Origin: Asterias rubens | Taxonomy: Eukaryota | Direction of reading: 5' to 3' | Assembly (NCBI RefSeq): GCF_902459465.1 | Contig: NC_047066.1 | Coordinates: forward strand, 2,232,001-2,296,000 | DNA: 64,000 bases | Program-made: the position numbers and the translations under genes | The notes under the pieces: model-generated | The model's input: only the letters and a program-made list of their open reading frames with translations | Told to the model about the DNA's origin: nothing | Databases searched by the model: none | In this document: positions 1 to 14,700 of the stretch, in pieces | Layout of the letters: every line of letters begins with the position of its first letter | How positions within the stretch are numbered: the first letter of the stretch is position 1

Positions 1-3000
1 AGGAACCTTCTGGGCAATCACTGTCTTCAATGAAATCAAGTGGATCTCTCTGAACAAAATCCCTTGGCATCACGTGATTTGGTGGTCTGGCAAAACGATT
101 ATATGCGAATTTCATTCGGTTTACATGAATTGGCACATGAAGTAATTTGTTATTTTCCAGGTTTCGGACTCTGAAATTAACAAGACCGGTTTGTTGCACA
201 AGCAAAAATGGACCACACCAAAATTTCTGGAGTTTTTTAGACAGTCCCTTTTGGGTTGCTGGGATATAAATATAAACCACATCTCCAACTTGATAGGGTA
301 CTTCTTGAGTACGACTGTCATAACGTTCCTTCATTGAAGCTTGGTTAGATTCGAGGTGTTTCTTCGATATTTCTCTGGCAACTTCAAGTTGATCAATTAA
401 GTCGTGAATATAATCTCTTACATTTCGGTCTGAATATTCAGGTTTTTCATGAAGAGATACATCAATAGGCAGTACTGCCTCTCTACCATACAACAAAAAG
501 AAAGGGCTGAATCCAATTGAATTGTCCGCAGGTGTACTGCGATACGCAAACTGAATGGCAGGAATATAGTTATCCCAGTTGGTATGGAACTTGTTTACAT
601 AATGAGATACTGTAGTTAAAATCACAGAATTAAATCTTTCTTGTACAGCATTACATTGCGGATGGTACGGACTAGTGTTTACTTTGTCAGTACGCATGAT
701 TTTGCACACTTCTTGAACTAATTTACTTAAAAAGTTCGTTCCTCGGTCACTTAGGAGTACAAGGGGGCAACCATGATTACAAATAATTTCTTTGAAAAAT
801 ACAGTTGCTACAGTGGCAGAGTCCGTTTTAGCAATAGGCACAAGGATAGGCCATCTAGTACAATGATCCATGAAACATAATACATATCTATTTCCTGATT
901 CAGTAACTGGGAGGGGGCCTAGAATGTCTACGCTAACCCTTTGAAATGGTCCAGGAACTTTCATGGTAAGCAGTGGGGCTACAACTTTGTGCTTTGGTGT
1001 TTTAACACGGTGACAAGAATCACAAGATCTGACCCAATTATCAATATCACGATGCATGAACTTCCAAAAATATCGTTGCCGAATTTTACTGTATGTTCTA
1101 TGGAAACCAAAGTGAGCTGACAGAACTAGATCGTGACAATGATGAAGAACAGTATCTATGTACGGACTTGGGATGTACAATTGAACAATATTACGTTCTG
1201 GTATCCTTCTGTTTCGTGGCGTGTGCCAGACATGATACAAAATGCCATTATGTACAAAATACTGATTTACTTCAAGTAATAACCTACGGGCTAGTTTGTT
1301 ATCCTCTGAAAGGACATCTGATTCCAAATAATCAATGATCGGTTTCGAAAATGAGTCATTTTGTTGACCCCGTTTGATTTTATCTAGGTCAATGTTCTCA
1401 TGAACATCAGGTAAGTGATCTTTGAAATTCACCATGTTTTGATTATGCAAACGTTTACCATGTTGGTATCTGAGATTTCGCACTTCGTCTACTTTAGACA
1501 AGTTTTCTTCATGTTTGGAATTATCTAAACCAGTTAAAACTTTCTCAGCTTCTGATTGACTTAATTGTGCGGTCTCAATATGTGAACTTTCTACTGGTGG
1601 GTGAGAAACACATGTGGGTTGGTAATTATCTTTACAGATTCTACTCAGAGTGTCTACATTAGCAAGTTTCTTGCCTGGTCGGTGTTCAATATCATAACTG
1701 TACGATTGCAAATACAAGGACCAACGAGCTAATCTGCCAGATGAACGTTTTTGGTCAAACAACCATTTGAGAGCTTGATGATCAGTTACAATTTTGAATT
1801 TTGGGCTATGTTCCAAGTAAGTGGAAAACTTTTTCACTCCTTCAACAACGGCAAGTGCTTCTAATTCCGTCACAGTATAATTGCGTTCCGCTGGCTTAAG
1901 TGCTCTACTGGCATATGCAATAGCTCTTTCGTTACCGTCCTGTATTTGGGATAATACAAATCCTAATCCTTGAAAAGACGCATCAGTTTGCAAAACAAAT
2001 TGTGAGTGTTCATCAAACCTTGGATGGGACAATACAGGTGGCTCTAAAAGTTTTTGTTTCAGTTGCTCAAAAGCTTCTGAACATTCTTTTGTCCATTGGA
2101 AAGGAATGTCTTTACGAGTCAGTGCAGCTAATGGTTGAGCAATTTTGCTGAAATCCTTTATGTAACGCCTGTAATAACCAACAAAACCTAGGAATGCACG
2201 AACATCTTTGACATTCTTTGGTGATGGGTATTCTTGTACAACTTTGAGCTTTTCTGGGTCAGTTGCAACACCGTCTTCACTAATTATGTGCCCGAGGTAG
2301 TGTATTCTATCACATGCAAATGAACATTTCTTTGGCTTAAGTTTAAGATTAACATCTCTGAATTTCTGAAATACTTGGCACAAATGATCGAGATGGTCTT
2401 TGAAAGTGTCACTATAAATGATGATGTCATCCAAGTACACTAAACAAAACTTCCAATGCAACCCTCTTAGCACTTCATGCATTGTTCTTTGGAATGCACT
2501 GGGTGCATTGTGTAGTCCAAAAGGTAACACATTGAATTCATACAATCCGTCTTGAGTAATGAATGCCGTTTTCTTTTTAGAATCTCTATCTAAACCTATT
2601 TGCCAATATCCTGACGCCATATCTAGAGTTGAGAAATATGCTGGTTTAGTCATACCAAGGTTGTTAAAAGTATCGGAAATACTGGGCAGTGGAAAATTGT
2701 CTCTGACCGTGATCTGGTTTAATCTTCTAAAGTCAATACAAAATCTGTATTCGCCAGTTTTCTTTGTAACCATAACAACTGGACTAGAAAATGGTGAAGT
2801 TGACTCTGAAATAATACCATCATTTAACATTTTGTTAACATGTTCTCTTATTGTCTGCTGTAACCTAGGTGAATGTCTGTATGGGCGGGATCTAACTGGA
2901 GGATTGTTACCAATATCGATTCTATGTTCAACCTTATCGTAAAATCCACGTGGGCTTTTTGCGGTTTCAAACACATCAGCATAACTATTGATTAGAGCTT

Positions 3001-3329
3001 TAAGCTGTTGTTGTTGAGTAAGGTTTATGGAAGAGGATGAAATGTTAATTTTATCGAGAACCTCTTGACCACTAAATGAACATTGTGGGTTTGTAACCTC
3101 ATGACTAATGTTGGTGTTAGGTTCGATCTTGTCAAAATTGGTTAATACAGAAATGTTCTTCCACAATATTGAACGTACCAATCTTAGTACGGGGAAAAAT
3201 TGTAACTGGAACCTCGGATGGATTCATTACCATAACTGTTACTTTCGTACCAAAGTCTGTCATGCGGGAGCTAGATATAGTGTTAGCAACTACTAGACCA
3301 ATGTTCTGGATATTACGTCCACCATGACC
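1..3329 (-). mobile_element. Ty3/gypsy pol fragment (RT-RNaseH-integrase), duplicate copy, truncated by window edge
   Basis: Identical to 12045-15373, which lies inside the 1125-aa pol ORF and its upstream region. Confidence 0.95.
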
Positions 3330-5841
3330 CAGGGCGTCGATCGCTACTGAAAAGTAGGGGGGACGGGCGAGCAAGTCTTGAAAATAAATGTCGATTTTCT
3401 TTTATTTTGATATATATTTTGTTTTTAAAATAAAAAATAATAACACTGAACTTACCTTAGAATTTACCAACAATTCTACCGCGTGTATCAGCTGACTTGA
3501 GTAGAAATTCCTGTGCAATGGCTTGAGGATTTACTGCTGCCAGTCGGTCTCGATGTACGTGGCAGACCATGAGATGGTTAAGACGTTTCTGAGTCATAGT
3601 ACTTCGCAACCATGTTTTCTTGCGTCGTAGAGCACTGAATGAACGTTAAGCTACACATGAACTTGCTGGGGAGATGAGAAGAAGCCTGAGCAACTGTTCA
3701 ACTTGAGGGAACATTCTACGGACTTCCGGCACCATTGCCAAAAAGATCTTTCGGTAGTCCTCAACGGATGATCCACTAAACTGATTCCGAAAGAAGGCCA
3801 ATTGTTGCTGTAGAGAATCCGTGAGTTCAGGATACTTACGAATTGTATGTGGCTGAACGGACCCAGTAAGTAGCACGTCGCTTAAGTCCTTATACAAGAT
3901 GAGGTCAGTGGATGTGAAGTAGTCTTTTAAGTTAGAAATTGCACTGTCAATGACCTTGAAGAAATCCACTCTGTACAATTCCTCTGCAGAGTTGGCAGTG
4001 TACTCTTGGGTAGCTCCATCATCGTGTCTTTTTGGAAGTTTGCGCTTACGTGGAAGAGTTACTGGTTCTAGGTTGCACTGTATGAGTAGTTGTTCTGTTG
4101 CTTCAAAGACCTCCCTAAATTGTTGAACACAACGAAGGGTGAGTAGATTACGCCTTGTTACTTCTGCTGCATCAAGCATCCCAGAAACTGTCTTATCTGT
4201 TCCTTGGAGAGCCCTATTAAAGTGTTCAAGGCACTGGATAACAGGTAAAGCTGTAAACAATCCAAGAATGCATTTTCCAGACGAAAGACAACTATGAAGG
4301 CCGCTAGCTCTTGATGAAGTGTTTGTCCCAAAGTCTTCAGCTGCTTCATGAAGGGCATCCAATACGGCTTCAAAATTCTGCAAAACCGATTTAACTGCAG
4401 CTGAATGCGTTAACCAGCGAGTTGGGCATATTGGCTTTAGTCTTGTAGGGGAAGGATTATCAGTGTCAGCAGAATGTAGATTCAAGTACAGGTGTTTGAA
4501 CTTTCCAGAGCTGTTATATAGGTTGCCGAGTTCCTGTACATATCCAAGGGCATTCCTTATATATGGTGCAGTTTGCAGTGCTTTGGAAGTGATGAGGTGT
4601 GTCACATGGGCTCCGCAGTGAAAGTAACTTGCCATCGGTTGTATTTTTTTAATCTCTGCTTGACATCCTTTGTATTTTCCAGACATGTTGCTTGCCCCGT
4701 CATACGTTTGTGCTCTAAGGTGTTCTATAGGCAGTTGCAGTCGTATCAGGGCATCCTGCAGCATCTTAGAAAGTGATTCCCCACTTGTTGAGGAAACCTG
4801 GTAGAGGCCTAGCATTTCCTCCTGAACAACAAACGAATCATCAACATAACGCACGCACACACTCTCCTGTTCATTGCCCTGAATGTCTTGCGTTCCATCA
4901 ATTATGATTCCAAACTGTGTAGACATTTTGTTCACATCACTGCAGATATCCCTCAAAACAGCATGGCCCATTAACTGCAAAATTTCGTTCTGAATGTCAC
5001 CACCTGTAAAAGTAGTCTTCCTTGTTAGCCATCTTTTCAGATTGTCATCATCATCAGCCCGCAACTGCAATAGTTTCTGGAAGTTACCATCCAACGCATC
5101 TTTTCCTCTAATGGCAAGACCCTGTTGGGCTAAAAACTGCAATGAGGTAATGATCTTTAGAAGAGCTGACCGTGCGGTATGTTGTTCTTCTCGAAGTCTA
5201 GAGTCGAGTTGCACATTGGTATCAGTTTGGATTCTTCGAAATTTTAGATTTTCAGAAGCAAGCTTGTGAGTGGTCGACTTTTCATGTTGTCTAAATTTCT
5301 CTGTGCTCTTCTTCCAGTTGCGAAATCCCTTTGACACAAAAGCCTCATCTGAACAGCGGGCAAGCTGAGTAAGATTTTGCCGAGAAGCACTAGTACAACA
5401 GTGGCAAAGTACCCCACCTATGCTCTGATCGAAATGAAGCCATGGGAAGTCTTTGAACCACTTGTGCTGAAACTTAAGCTTACGGTTCTGGAGTGTTTGA
5501 ACTGGGATGCAACTCACATCATCAGGTTGATAAGGTTGATTGGGGAACTGTTCAGCAGTAGTCTCTATCTCAACGTTCGAACATTCACCTTGTTCTTTCT
5601 CAATCTCACCAATTTCACTTTGTCTTTGGGCATCATGTTCATCCTGTTCCTGTTGAGACGTAGCCACTGAGAAGAATTTTCTAAGATCCATTTTAGAAAA
5701 GCTTTGGGAGGCCAGCGTGAGCGTTTATCGTTTGGCAGCTTGAAGGTCTTCGACAAAATAATCTTGTCATGGCCCAAACTGCTCCTGTTTATTAGCTGTT
5801 CCGACCTACCGTCGGAACAGGTATTGTTTTCGTCGAGATTT
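3330..5841 (-). mobile_element. hAT DNA transposon, 3' portion with terminal inverted repeat (copy 1)
   Basis: TIR CAGGGCGTCGAT at 3330 directly abuts gypsy pol and is followed by a transposase ORF. Confidence 0.88.
3457..5691 (-). pseudogene. hAT (ZMYM1/Tip100-like) transposase with one nonsense codon at the catalytic Glu
   Basis: The 681-aa ORF has a TTF-type Zn finger (WFKDFPWL..CHCC..FRNWK..H) and IDGTQD, TYDGASNM, HCGAH and CPTRW motifs. It stops at SCVA*, but the same frame continues RSFSALRRKKTWLRSTM to a TAA at 3457. Confidence 0.9.
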
Positions 5842-7991
5842 TTATTAGGTGTTCGTGCTGATGCACGAACACCTATTGTTATTGCTCTGTTTTTTTTTCT
5901 TCTCCATCTTCCTTCTTCTTCACCGTCAACTCTTATCTACAGCATAACTCAAGATTCAAGCCAAACTGAACCTTGAAACTCACCAGACAATTGAACCTCA
6001 ATACGAAGACGGCACAGATTTCATTACGTCATGATGACGTCATTAGGTGTCAAATTACAGGGTTTTTAAAGTTGAAAGGGACCATTTTCGTTTTGCTGTA
6101 TCTCAACGAATATGAAAGCTATGATGTTCAAAGTTTTCGCATCTGATAGACCAAGACTGGGGCAACATTTGAAAAGTTAACGCCAAAATCGTACGACCTT
6201 AGCATCCGGGTCGTTACCCTGGGTCGAAGTTCACCTTCGGGTTTTTTTCGTCAAAAAACAACTTTCGAGCTTTTCTACGGAATAACTCAAGATTGAGATT
6301 GAATGGAATGTTGAAACTCAATAGTTAGTTGAACCTCAGTATCAAGACAACACATACTTAATTACGTCAGTATGACGTCATCGGGAATTGAATTACGTTA
6401 GATCAAAGTTTAATATTTGTAAAAATCATAACTCAAAAACTATGATTCGGATTTTGACAATCTACACATCATCGGATAGATCATTAAATTACTCACCCTG
6501 GCAGACTAATTCTTCTCTAACATTATTTAATTAATAAAATATTTTTAATACTTCTAGTGCAAAACAAAATTTGAAAATTTCATAAAATCTTATCGTATTC
6601 ATGTTTTTAAAACTACTGATCATTTCAACGTAATTTTTGTTTCAGATTGTAAAACAGCAATCCCGCTCAATCTTTTGCACAGATATAACCAAATTTGGAC
6701 CTTTACATCAGTCGAAAACGGACGTCAAAGCACCTGTTGACCCACGCGTTTACCCCATTTTGATCAACAACGCACGCTATGTACGCTATGCAGTGCAAGC
6801 GCGGGAATTCCCAAAAATGCTCTCTTTAGTCCAGCGAAAGAGGGCGCTGTAACGTTTTTAGTAACATCGAGCGCTGAGTGAATCGCGGTGAATCGCAATA
6901 GTTGAGTAATAATGAACAACGTCTCGCACCAAAACTACAAGTAGGAATACATATGCATTGATGTTATAAGATACATTATACACCTTCAGATAGTCCATCA
7001 CATAATTATAAAATGTTTACAAGTCATACATCAGCTGAAAGGTTTTAATGAACTAGTCAGGATCTACACAAATGAAATCAGTTTAAACTTGGCTTCTTGT
7101 TCAAACCAGAGGTTGAAAATAATTGGTCAAAGAAAAATAATTTCACAACCACACATTTGATTTTTTATATATTTATACGTCATTGGGTAGGTATGTAACA
7201 ACTTAAGAAACGATACACAACATTGACTATTAAACCTTGACCTTCAGTTAAACAGGAAGATGCAGTTAATTATTTGAAAAAATATTACCCCAGAACCAGA
7301 AATTAGTTGTTTATTATCTGAACGTCGTCAGATAAGGCTTTGAAAAACATTACTAACGCTATAATTTGTGACCTGACAAAATTGTCTTCCGGTTCAAACC
7401 GGATATTTAATATTTGAAAAAAATCATAACACCTGAACCATACATTGGATTTTTTCAATCTATGCATCATCTGAAAGGTCTTAATAGACTTATCACGTGC
7501 TATACAATATGCGACCCTGTTTGACCTTGACTTCCAGTTAAAGTTGGAAACTGATATATAATGTTTGAAAAATAAAAAAATCCTAAACCACATGATTTGA
7601 TTTTTATCATCTATACGTCAAAAGAAAGAACTCAAAAGACATCACCAACGCTACCAAGTGTGACCTCATTTGACAGTACCTTCCGGTTCAAAACGGAAGT
7701 TGAAACTTTATATTTGAAAAAATCATAACTTCTAAACCAAATATTGGATTTTTACGACCCATCCATCATTTAAAAGGTCTTAATAAACTTATCACGCGCA
7801 ACATAAAAAGTAACCCCTATTTGACCTTTTATCCGATGCAAACCGGATGTTGGTGTTTAATTTGTAAACAAATCATAACTCCTTAACCAGTCATTGGATT
7901 GATGAGGTAAATGTTGTCACCAATTCATTCACTCACTCACCACGAACACCTTGTTTTTGTAGTAAACAAAATTGTACATGTACCTCTAGTT
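5842..7991 (+). mobile_element. Helentron/HINE-like non-autonomous element (copy 1)
   Basis: Starts in a T run with TTATTAGGTGTTCGTGC-tgat-GCACGAACACCT (palindrome). Ends with CACGAACACCT, a short stem-loop and CTAGTT. Has degenerate internal repeats. Confidence 0.6.
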
Positions 7992-9032
7992 ATTTTTATT
8001 ATTATTATTATTCTTTGTTTCCGCACAAAACCCCATTGCGTTTGTACAGCATTTTTGTTCATGCTCCGTCTCCTAAAGTATAAGGATAAAAGAGTTAAAT
8101 CATTTATCAAATTGAAGCTTAGAACATAAGCTTTACTCTAATAAAAAAGTGTTAACATTCTTAATTAATTAACCACGTGGTCTTCATTTGAATTTTTAAT
8201 TTGTAAACTTGATGCAGTCACTTTCATGTTATTGTGAAACATTCTCTTCGGTAATACAACACAGTATGTACTTCGATGAGTTGTTGACTTCTTGAAAGGA
8301 GTCTATACTATTTTGTTTCCTACCTGCGTTCTGGACACATTACTCTGTACACGCACAACGTACGGAGGTTTAGGATTTTCGTTAAATCAACTTGTACTAG
8401 ATCAAACATCAAACCACCGACCCCCAAAAAATTTTAAAATCGTAATTAACTAACCCCGTGACCCATATTTGCATATTTAATTGTACAAGGGGACAAAGTT
8501 GTTGGAGCTTCCTGTTGATGCTGACATCATGAGAACATCAGCACAAGTATTGGAATTGCACTATTGAACCACTTGGAGTGTTCATGGAGTCCAACACGTC
8601 AGTCTAGAGTCCAACTCTGATTGAAAAAAACAATTCAGGCATCATCTTCAATTTAATTTTATGCAACAAGCAAACTTATAAATTTTCTGATTTTATTTCA
8701 AAGGGTAACATAAATGGCTGTTAGCAAACGGTTTCCAACAAAAACTACATGGTGTACGTGCATAATACTCTTACTGGCCTCAAGCATTGACCTCTAGATA
8801 ATAAATCAAGCATTCAGTTTCGAACAATACCAATCGTCAGCCGTTGAAGTTCATTGAACATGGGGCTGATGGCGATCAAAAGGCTAAAAGTTTGTTATCG
8901 CCACATTATTCAGCGAACCATGAATCATACACAGCTACTATTCACAAGAAAATCTATGCGTTGAGGGTAAACAGACAGCACACAATGGAACCACTGGGCT
9001 CACACTGTGTGGTCTAGTATAGGAAGATATTA

Positions 9033-10437
9033 TGGAACGCCAAAGAGGCATTTAATCATCGGTGATGGTCGTTTGCAACCGGTGATCAAATTTGTCATCG
9101 GTGGTGGTCCTATGCGATCGGTGATCAACTTTAGCAATCGGTGATAAAACACGATCGGTGGTCCATTTTAGCGATCGGTCATGCATATTCATGATCGGTG
9201 ATGGTATTAGCGATCGGTCATGCATATTCACGACCGGTGATAGCTTTTTGCAATCGGTCAACTTTAGGGATCGGTGATGGCTTTTTGCAATCGGTCTACT
9301 TTAGGGATCGGTGATGGCTTTTTGCAATCGGTCAACTTTAGTGATCGGTGATGGCTTTTTGCATTCGGTCAACTTTAGTGATCGGTGATGGCTTTTTGCA
9401 ATCGGTCAACTTTAGTGATCGGAGGTGGCTTTTTGCAATCAGTCAAGTTTAGGGATCGGTGGTGGCTTTTTGCAATCGGTCAACTTTTGCAACCGGTGAT
9501 GGGATTTTGGGATATCCGAATTTTGCGTCCGGTCGGTGCAGGCCTACTTCAAAAACTATGATTGTGTAGATTGTGGATAATAATTGTTGTTATTTTCTAG
9601 TTCACACCACCGTGGAGGAATAAATTACACTCACCAGCGGGTTGAATGACGTGCCAAACATTTTTAGAAGAGTACCTTTTTCTAACTATGTAAGGGGGAA
9701 CGCAACAAACATCAAATTAATTAGCTCTTTCTAAAAAATAATAATAATAATAACAAAGGGGTATGAGAGGGTGTGCAAGCGGATATATGTCCCACAATTG
9801 GTTGTCGTCTTCCGGAAATGGTGTATGCCGGGGAAATACAAATAGTTATATTCAGTGAAGGGAAATGTTTTTGAACAAGAGTCTTTTAACCGATAGTTTT
9901 GTGTGTTAGGTGAAATTTGAAATCATACAAGTAGCCCTGTGTAAACAGAGCCGGAGGTGAGAACATTATGACCACACAAAAACCGTTTTTGATCGAAAAA
10001 ACATAATTTTTATGTGCATCATATGAATGGGTTTTTTTTAGGACAAGCACAGATATAGTAAAACCGGGACGCACTCAACACGTTTTATAAAAGGCTAGGT
10101 AAAGTATTATACAAATATTTCCTTTTAAACGGAGAGGCATGTATTAATTGAATCCAAAGCGAAAAACGTACGGTATAAAGTTCTTAATTTAGGGGGGGGG
10201 GGGCGCAAGGCGAAACAGGTGTTATAAAGTACTAAAGCGGAAATAATACAGGAGCGAGAAATTCTCAACCAAATCCAGTGTCAGGGAGGGTGGAGGTGTT
10301 TGGAAAAGGAAAACATGTTATTGGTGAGGTCTCTCACTGTTGGAGTCATTGATGACATAATCATATAAAAAAAAAATTTAAAAAAACATTCACTTGACCA
10401 GTTTATCTCATAGTTTATCTCCCAATCATGGAGGAAT
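9033..10437. mobile_element. Left arm of fold-back element with 37-bp tandem array, truncated at duplication junction
   Basis: Same as 21077-22482. Array unit is CGGTGATGGCTTTTTGCAATCGGTCAACTTTAGTGAT. Confidence 0.75.
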
Positions 10438-10762
10438 TGGCTCGACTAACAGCTTCAAGCTATTAAACCACTGAAAACAGCCAAGTCAGTTAGGTGTTTA
10501 AACACTCGCCGTCTGCAAACAGCAACAGTTTTCAGGGATTATTTAAAACCTGAAATAATTTTGATGAATAACGAAGTGTTTCACAAATGTTAAGACTATT
10601 ACGAGATAAGCATTGCGGTTGTTGGTCTTGTTCAGCAGTTTGATTGAGGTTGTCCGGCATCTTAGTGCACCATCGTCAGGCGGTGGTTACGTCTTGAAAC
10701 AGTTATTCAACTCAATTCGCCTTTACTATCAATTTACCACGTTTTGAGAAACTTGCAAGATG
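10438..10762 (+). promoter_or_regulatory. Orphaned upstream region and ATG (10760-10762) of the C-type lectin gene
   Basis: GCAAGATG abuts the 3' LTR. Joining across the GATG/GAGG target duplication to the minus strand at 27724 gives MRVFQVLSLLLWIYCGRIFA, a signal-peptide-like start. Confidence 0.6.
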
Positions 10763-11132
10763 TGTTATGGACGGTTTGGCCTCCTCAGCCATCCCGCCCA
10801 AGGGATGGAACTTATCAATTAAACACAACTTAAACGTTCTTCTTCTTGAAAACGTAGACCCACAACAGGGTGTTTTATTTAAACACAACTCAAATGAAAT
10901 ACTAGAAAATATACTTGATAAATAATATACGAATAGTGCACCGTCGTCTCGGTGGCGCACCTGAAGGATACAGACCACGAGTCGACGTTGGGTGTGCCTT
11001 AAATACTTAACTATTACATAACATCCACCATGGGGGCATGTTAACCTTCATGGAAAAGCCAGGTGTACATAATCACCATGACCAGTGGGCGTGAACTAAA
11101 CATAAATGTGGGCCGGGGTGAACGTCATCACA
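10763..11132 (-). mobile_element. Gypsy 3' LTR (370 bp, TGT...ACA) preceded by a polypurine tract
   Basis: Reverse complement of 27729-28098, with 4 substitutions seen. PPT AAAAACAAGGGGCGTA lies immediately 5' on the minus strand (11133-11148). Confidence 0.93.
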
Positions 11133-11778
11133 TACGCCCCTTGTTTTTGAAATTGGCCCCTGACAATTCATACTATTTTAAACATTAGCTTAAATACGTC
11201 TTGAACCTACTAGATTTGGAAAGTAAAACATCTTTCCAATGAATAGCTCAAACACTAATAATATACAGTTTATTTTACAAACACATTCTGTTCATTAAAT
11301 TATTGTTCACTTCAGTACAGTCAATAACTTTTAGTCAACAGCATTTCGCAATATCATTAGATGGTATTTAGATTCAAAATTATGGCGATAAATGTTGATC
11401 AGTCAAATATCGACAAGGTCTTAAAGCAAATGAATTGGAATTTTATAAGGCTTAGACGAGTTGACCGACGTCAAGTGAATTTCATCAGTGTCGAGTGGAT
11501 TCAGCGGCTGTTCCAAGAGATCTTCGTAGCTACTTCGTTGGCAGGGCCGATTGTCGTCTCCTCTGATGTCCAAGGGTAATCCGGATTACCTAAACAAACT
11601 AGAATATTTTATACATTACTACAAGATATTGTTTTTAATCAATTACAGTACTTTCTTAACGTAGTTCTGAGGACCACTCAGAATTTATGAAGCTATCATT
11701 CTGATACGATAAAGGTATTCACACGTTTGCCAACAAAGCTATAATTTCAATAACTAAAATATATGCCATACAATATTA

Positions 11779-14700
11779 TTAATTTGGTTTGCAAGTGATA
11801 CGGACAGGATTGCGCTGAAGATAGTTTCTAAGGGTTTCGTTGAGATTTTAAACAGGTTCCCATGAATTTTTGCAGTTGGGGAAATCTTTCCACTTTATCA
11901 AAAAGTGTAGTTTGCCATTGACAAACTTGCCACGAAGAACCTTTTCTACGTGAAACTCTTTACCGGCAGGTTGTCCAATGTCCGGTAAACCAGGTATATT
12001 TAACCTAGTTTGCTGGGGTTGTTGCGTAGCTAACAAAGGCTGAAAGGAACCTTCTGGGCAATCACTGTCTTCAATGAAATCAAGTGGATCTCTCTGAACA
12101 AAATCCCTTGGCATCACGTGATTTGGTGGTCTGGCAAAACGATTATATGCGAATTTCATTCGGTTTACATGAATTGGCACATGAAGTAATTTGTTATTTT
12201 CCAGGTTTCGGACTCTGAAATTAACAAGACCGGTTTGTTGCACAAGCAAAAATGGACCACACCAAAATTTCTGGAGTTTTTTAGACAGTCCCTTTTGGGT
12301 TGCTGGGATATAAATATAAACCACATCTCCAACTTGATAGGGTACTTCTTGAGTACGACTGTCATAACGTTCCTTCATTGAAGCTTGGTTAGATTCGAGG
12401 TGTTTCTTCGATATTTCTCTGGCAACTTCAAGTTGATCAATTAAGTCGTGAATATAATCTCTTACATTTCGGTCTGAATATTCAGGTTTTTCATGAAGAG
12501 ATACATCAATAGGCAGTACTGCCTCTCTACCATACAACAAAAAGAAAGGGCTGAATCCAATTGAATTGTCCGCAGGTGTACTGCGATACGCAAACTGAAT
12601 GGCAGGAATATAGTTATCCCAGTTGGTATGGAACTTGTTTACATAATGAGATACTGTAGTTAAAATCACAGAATTAAATCTTTCTTGTACAGCATTACAT
12701 TGCGGATGGTACGGACTAGTGTTTACTTTGTCAGTACGCATGATTTTGCACACTTCTTGAACTAATTTACTTAAAAAGTTCGTTCCTCGGTCACTTAGGA
12801 GTACAAGGGGGCAACCATGATTACAAATAATTTCTTTGAAAAATACAGTTGCTACAGTGGCAGAGTCCGTTTTAGCAATAGGCACAAGGATAGGCCATCT
12901 AGTACAATGATCCATGAAACATAATACATATCTATTTCCTGATTCAGTAACTGGGAGGGGGCCTAGAATGTCTACGCTAACCCTTTGAAATGGTCCAGGA
13001 ACTTTCATGGTAAGCAGTGGGGCTACAACTTTGTGCTTTGGTGTTTTAACACGGTGACAAGAATCACAAGATCTGACCCAATTATCAATATCACGATGCA
13101 TGAACTTCCAAAAATATCGTTGCCGAATTTTACTGTATGTTCTATGGAAACCAAAGTGAGCTGACAGAACTAGATCGTGACAATGATGAAGAACAGTATC
13201 TATGTACGGACTTGGGATGTACAATTGAACAATATTACGTTCTGGTATCCTTCTGTTTCGTGGCGTGTGCCAGACATGATACAAAATGCCATTATGTACA
13301 AAATACTGATTTACTTCAAGTAATAACCTACGGGCTAGTTTGTTATCCTCTGAAAGGACATCTGATTCCAAATAATCAATGATCGGTTTCGAAAATGAGT
13401 CATTTTGTTGACCCCGTTTGATTTTATCTAGGTCAATGTTCTCATGAACATCAGGTAAGTGATCTTTGAAATTCACCATGTTTTGATTATGCAAACGTTT
13501 ACCATGTTGGTATCTGAGATTTCGCACTTCGTCTACTTTAGACAAGTTTTCTTCATGTTTGGAATTATCTAAACCAGTTAAAACTTTCTCAGCTTCTGAT
13601 TGACTTAATTGTGCGGTCTCAATATGTGAACTTTCTACTGGTGGGTGAGAAACACATGTGGGTTGGTAATTATCTTTACAGATTCTACTCAGAGTGTCTA
13701 CATTAGCAAGTTTCTTGCCTGGTCGGTGTTCAATATCATAACTGTACGATTGCAAATACAAGGACCAACGAGCTAATCTGCCAGATGAACGTTTTTGGTC
13801 AAACAACCATTTGAGAGCTTGATGATCAGTTACAATTTTGAATTTTGGGCTATGTTCCAAGTAAGTGGAAAACTTTTTCACTCCTTCAACAACGGCAAGT
13901 GCTTCTAATTCCGTCACAGTATAATTGCGTTCCGCTGGCTTAAGTGCTCTACTGGCATATGCAATAGCTCTTTCGTTACCGTCCTGTATTTGGGATAATA
14001 CAAATCCTAATCCTTGAAAAGACGCATCAGTTTGCAAAACAAATTGTGAGTGTTCATCAAACCTTGGATGGGACAATACAGGTGGCTCTAAAAGTTTTTG
14101 TTTCAGTTGCTCAAAAGCTTCTGAACATTCTTTTGTCCATTGGAAAGGAATGTCTTTACGAGTCAGTGCAGCTAATGGTTGAGCAATTTTGCTGAAATCC
14201 TTTATGTAACGCCTGTAATAACCAACAAAACCTAGGAATGCACGAACATCTTTGACATTCTTTGGTGATGGGTATTCTTGTACAACTTTGAGCTTTTCTG
14301 GGTCAGTTGCAACACCGTCTTCACTAATTATGTGCCCGAGGTAGTGTATTCTATCACATGCAAATGAACATTTCTTTGGCTTAAGTTTAAGATTAACATC
14401 TCTGAATTTCTGAAATACTTGGCACAAATGATCGAGATGGTCTTTGAAAGTGTCACTATAAATGATGATGTCATCCAAGTACACTAAACAAAACTTCCAA
14501 TGCAACCCTCTTAGCACTTCATGCATTGTTCTTTGGAATGCACTGGGTGCATTGTGTAGTCCAAAAGGTAACACATTGAATTCATACAATCCGTCTTGAG
14601 TAATGAATGCCGTTTTCTTTTTAGAATCTCTATCTAAACCTATTTGCCAATATCCTGACGCCATATCTAGAGTTGAGAAATATGCTGGTTTAGTCATACC

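Larger units (their letters stand above)
1..10437. repeat. Tandem duplication A, copy 1 (cut by window start)
   Basis: Matches 12045-22482 at offset ~12044, and all ORFs are repeated. I saw one substitution (gggcatcc vs gggcgtcc) and a few homopolymer-length differences. Confidence 0.97.

Noticed and set aside
9052-9261. Recurring MTDCKK../MTTDCKK.. ORFs (also 21096, 24215, 31823, 34942)
   Set aside because: They are translations of the fold-back repeat arms with no protein features.
11133-11778. Possible env gene between pol and the 3' LTR
   Set aside because: The region is only ~650 bp, AT-rich, with no suitable minus-strand ORF.
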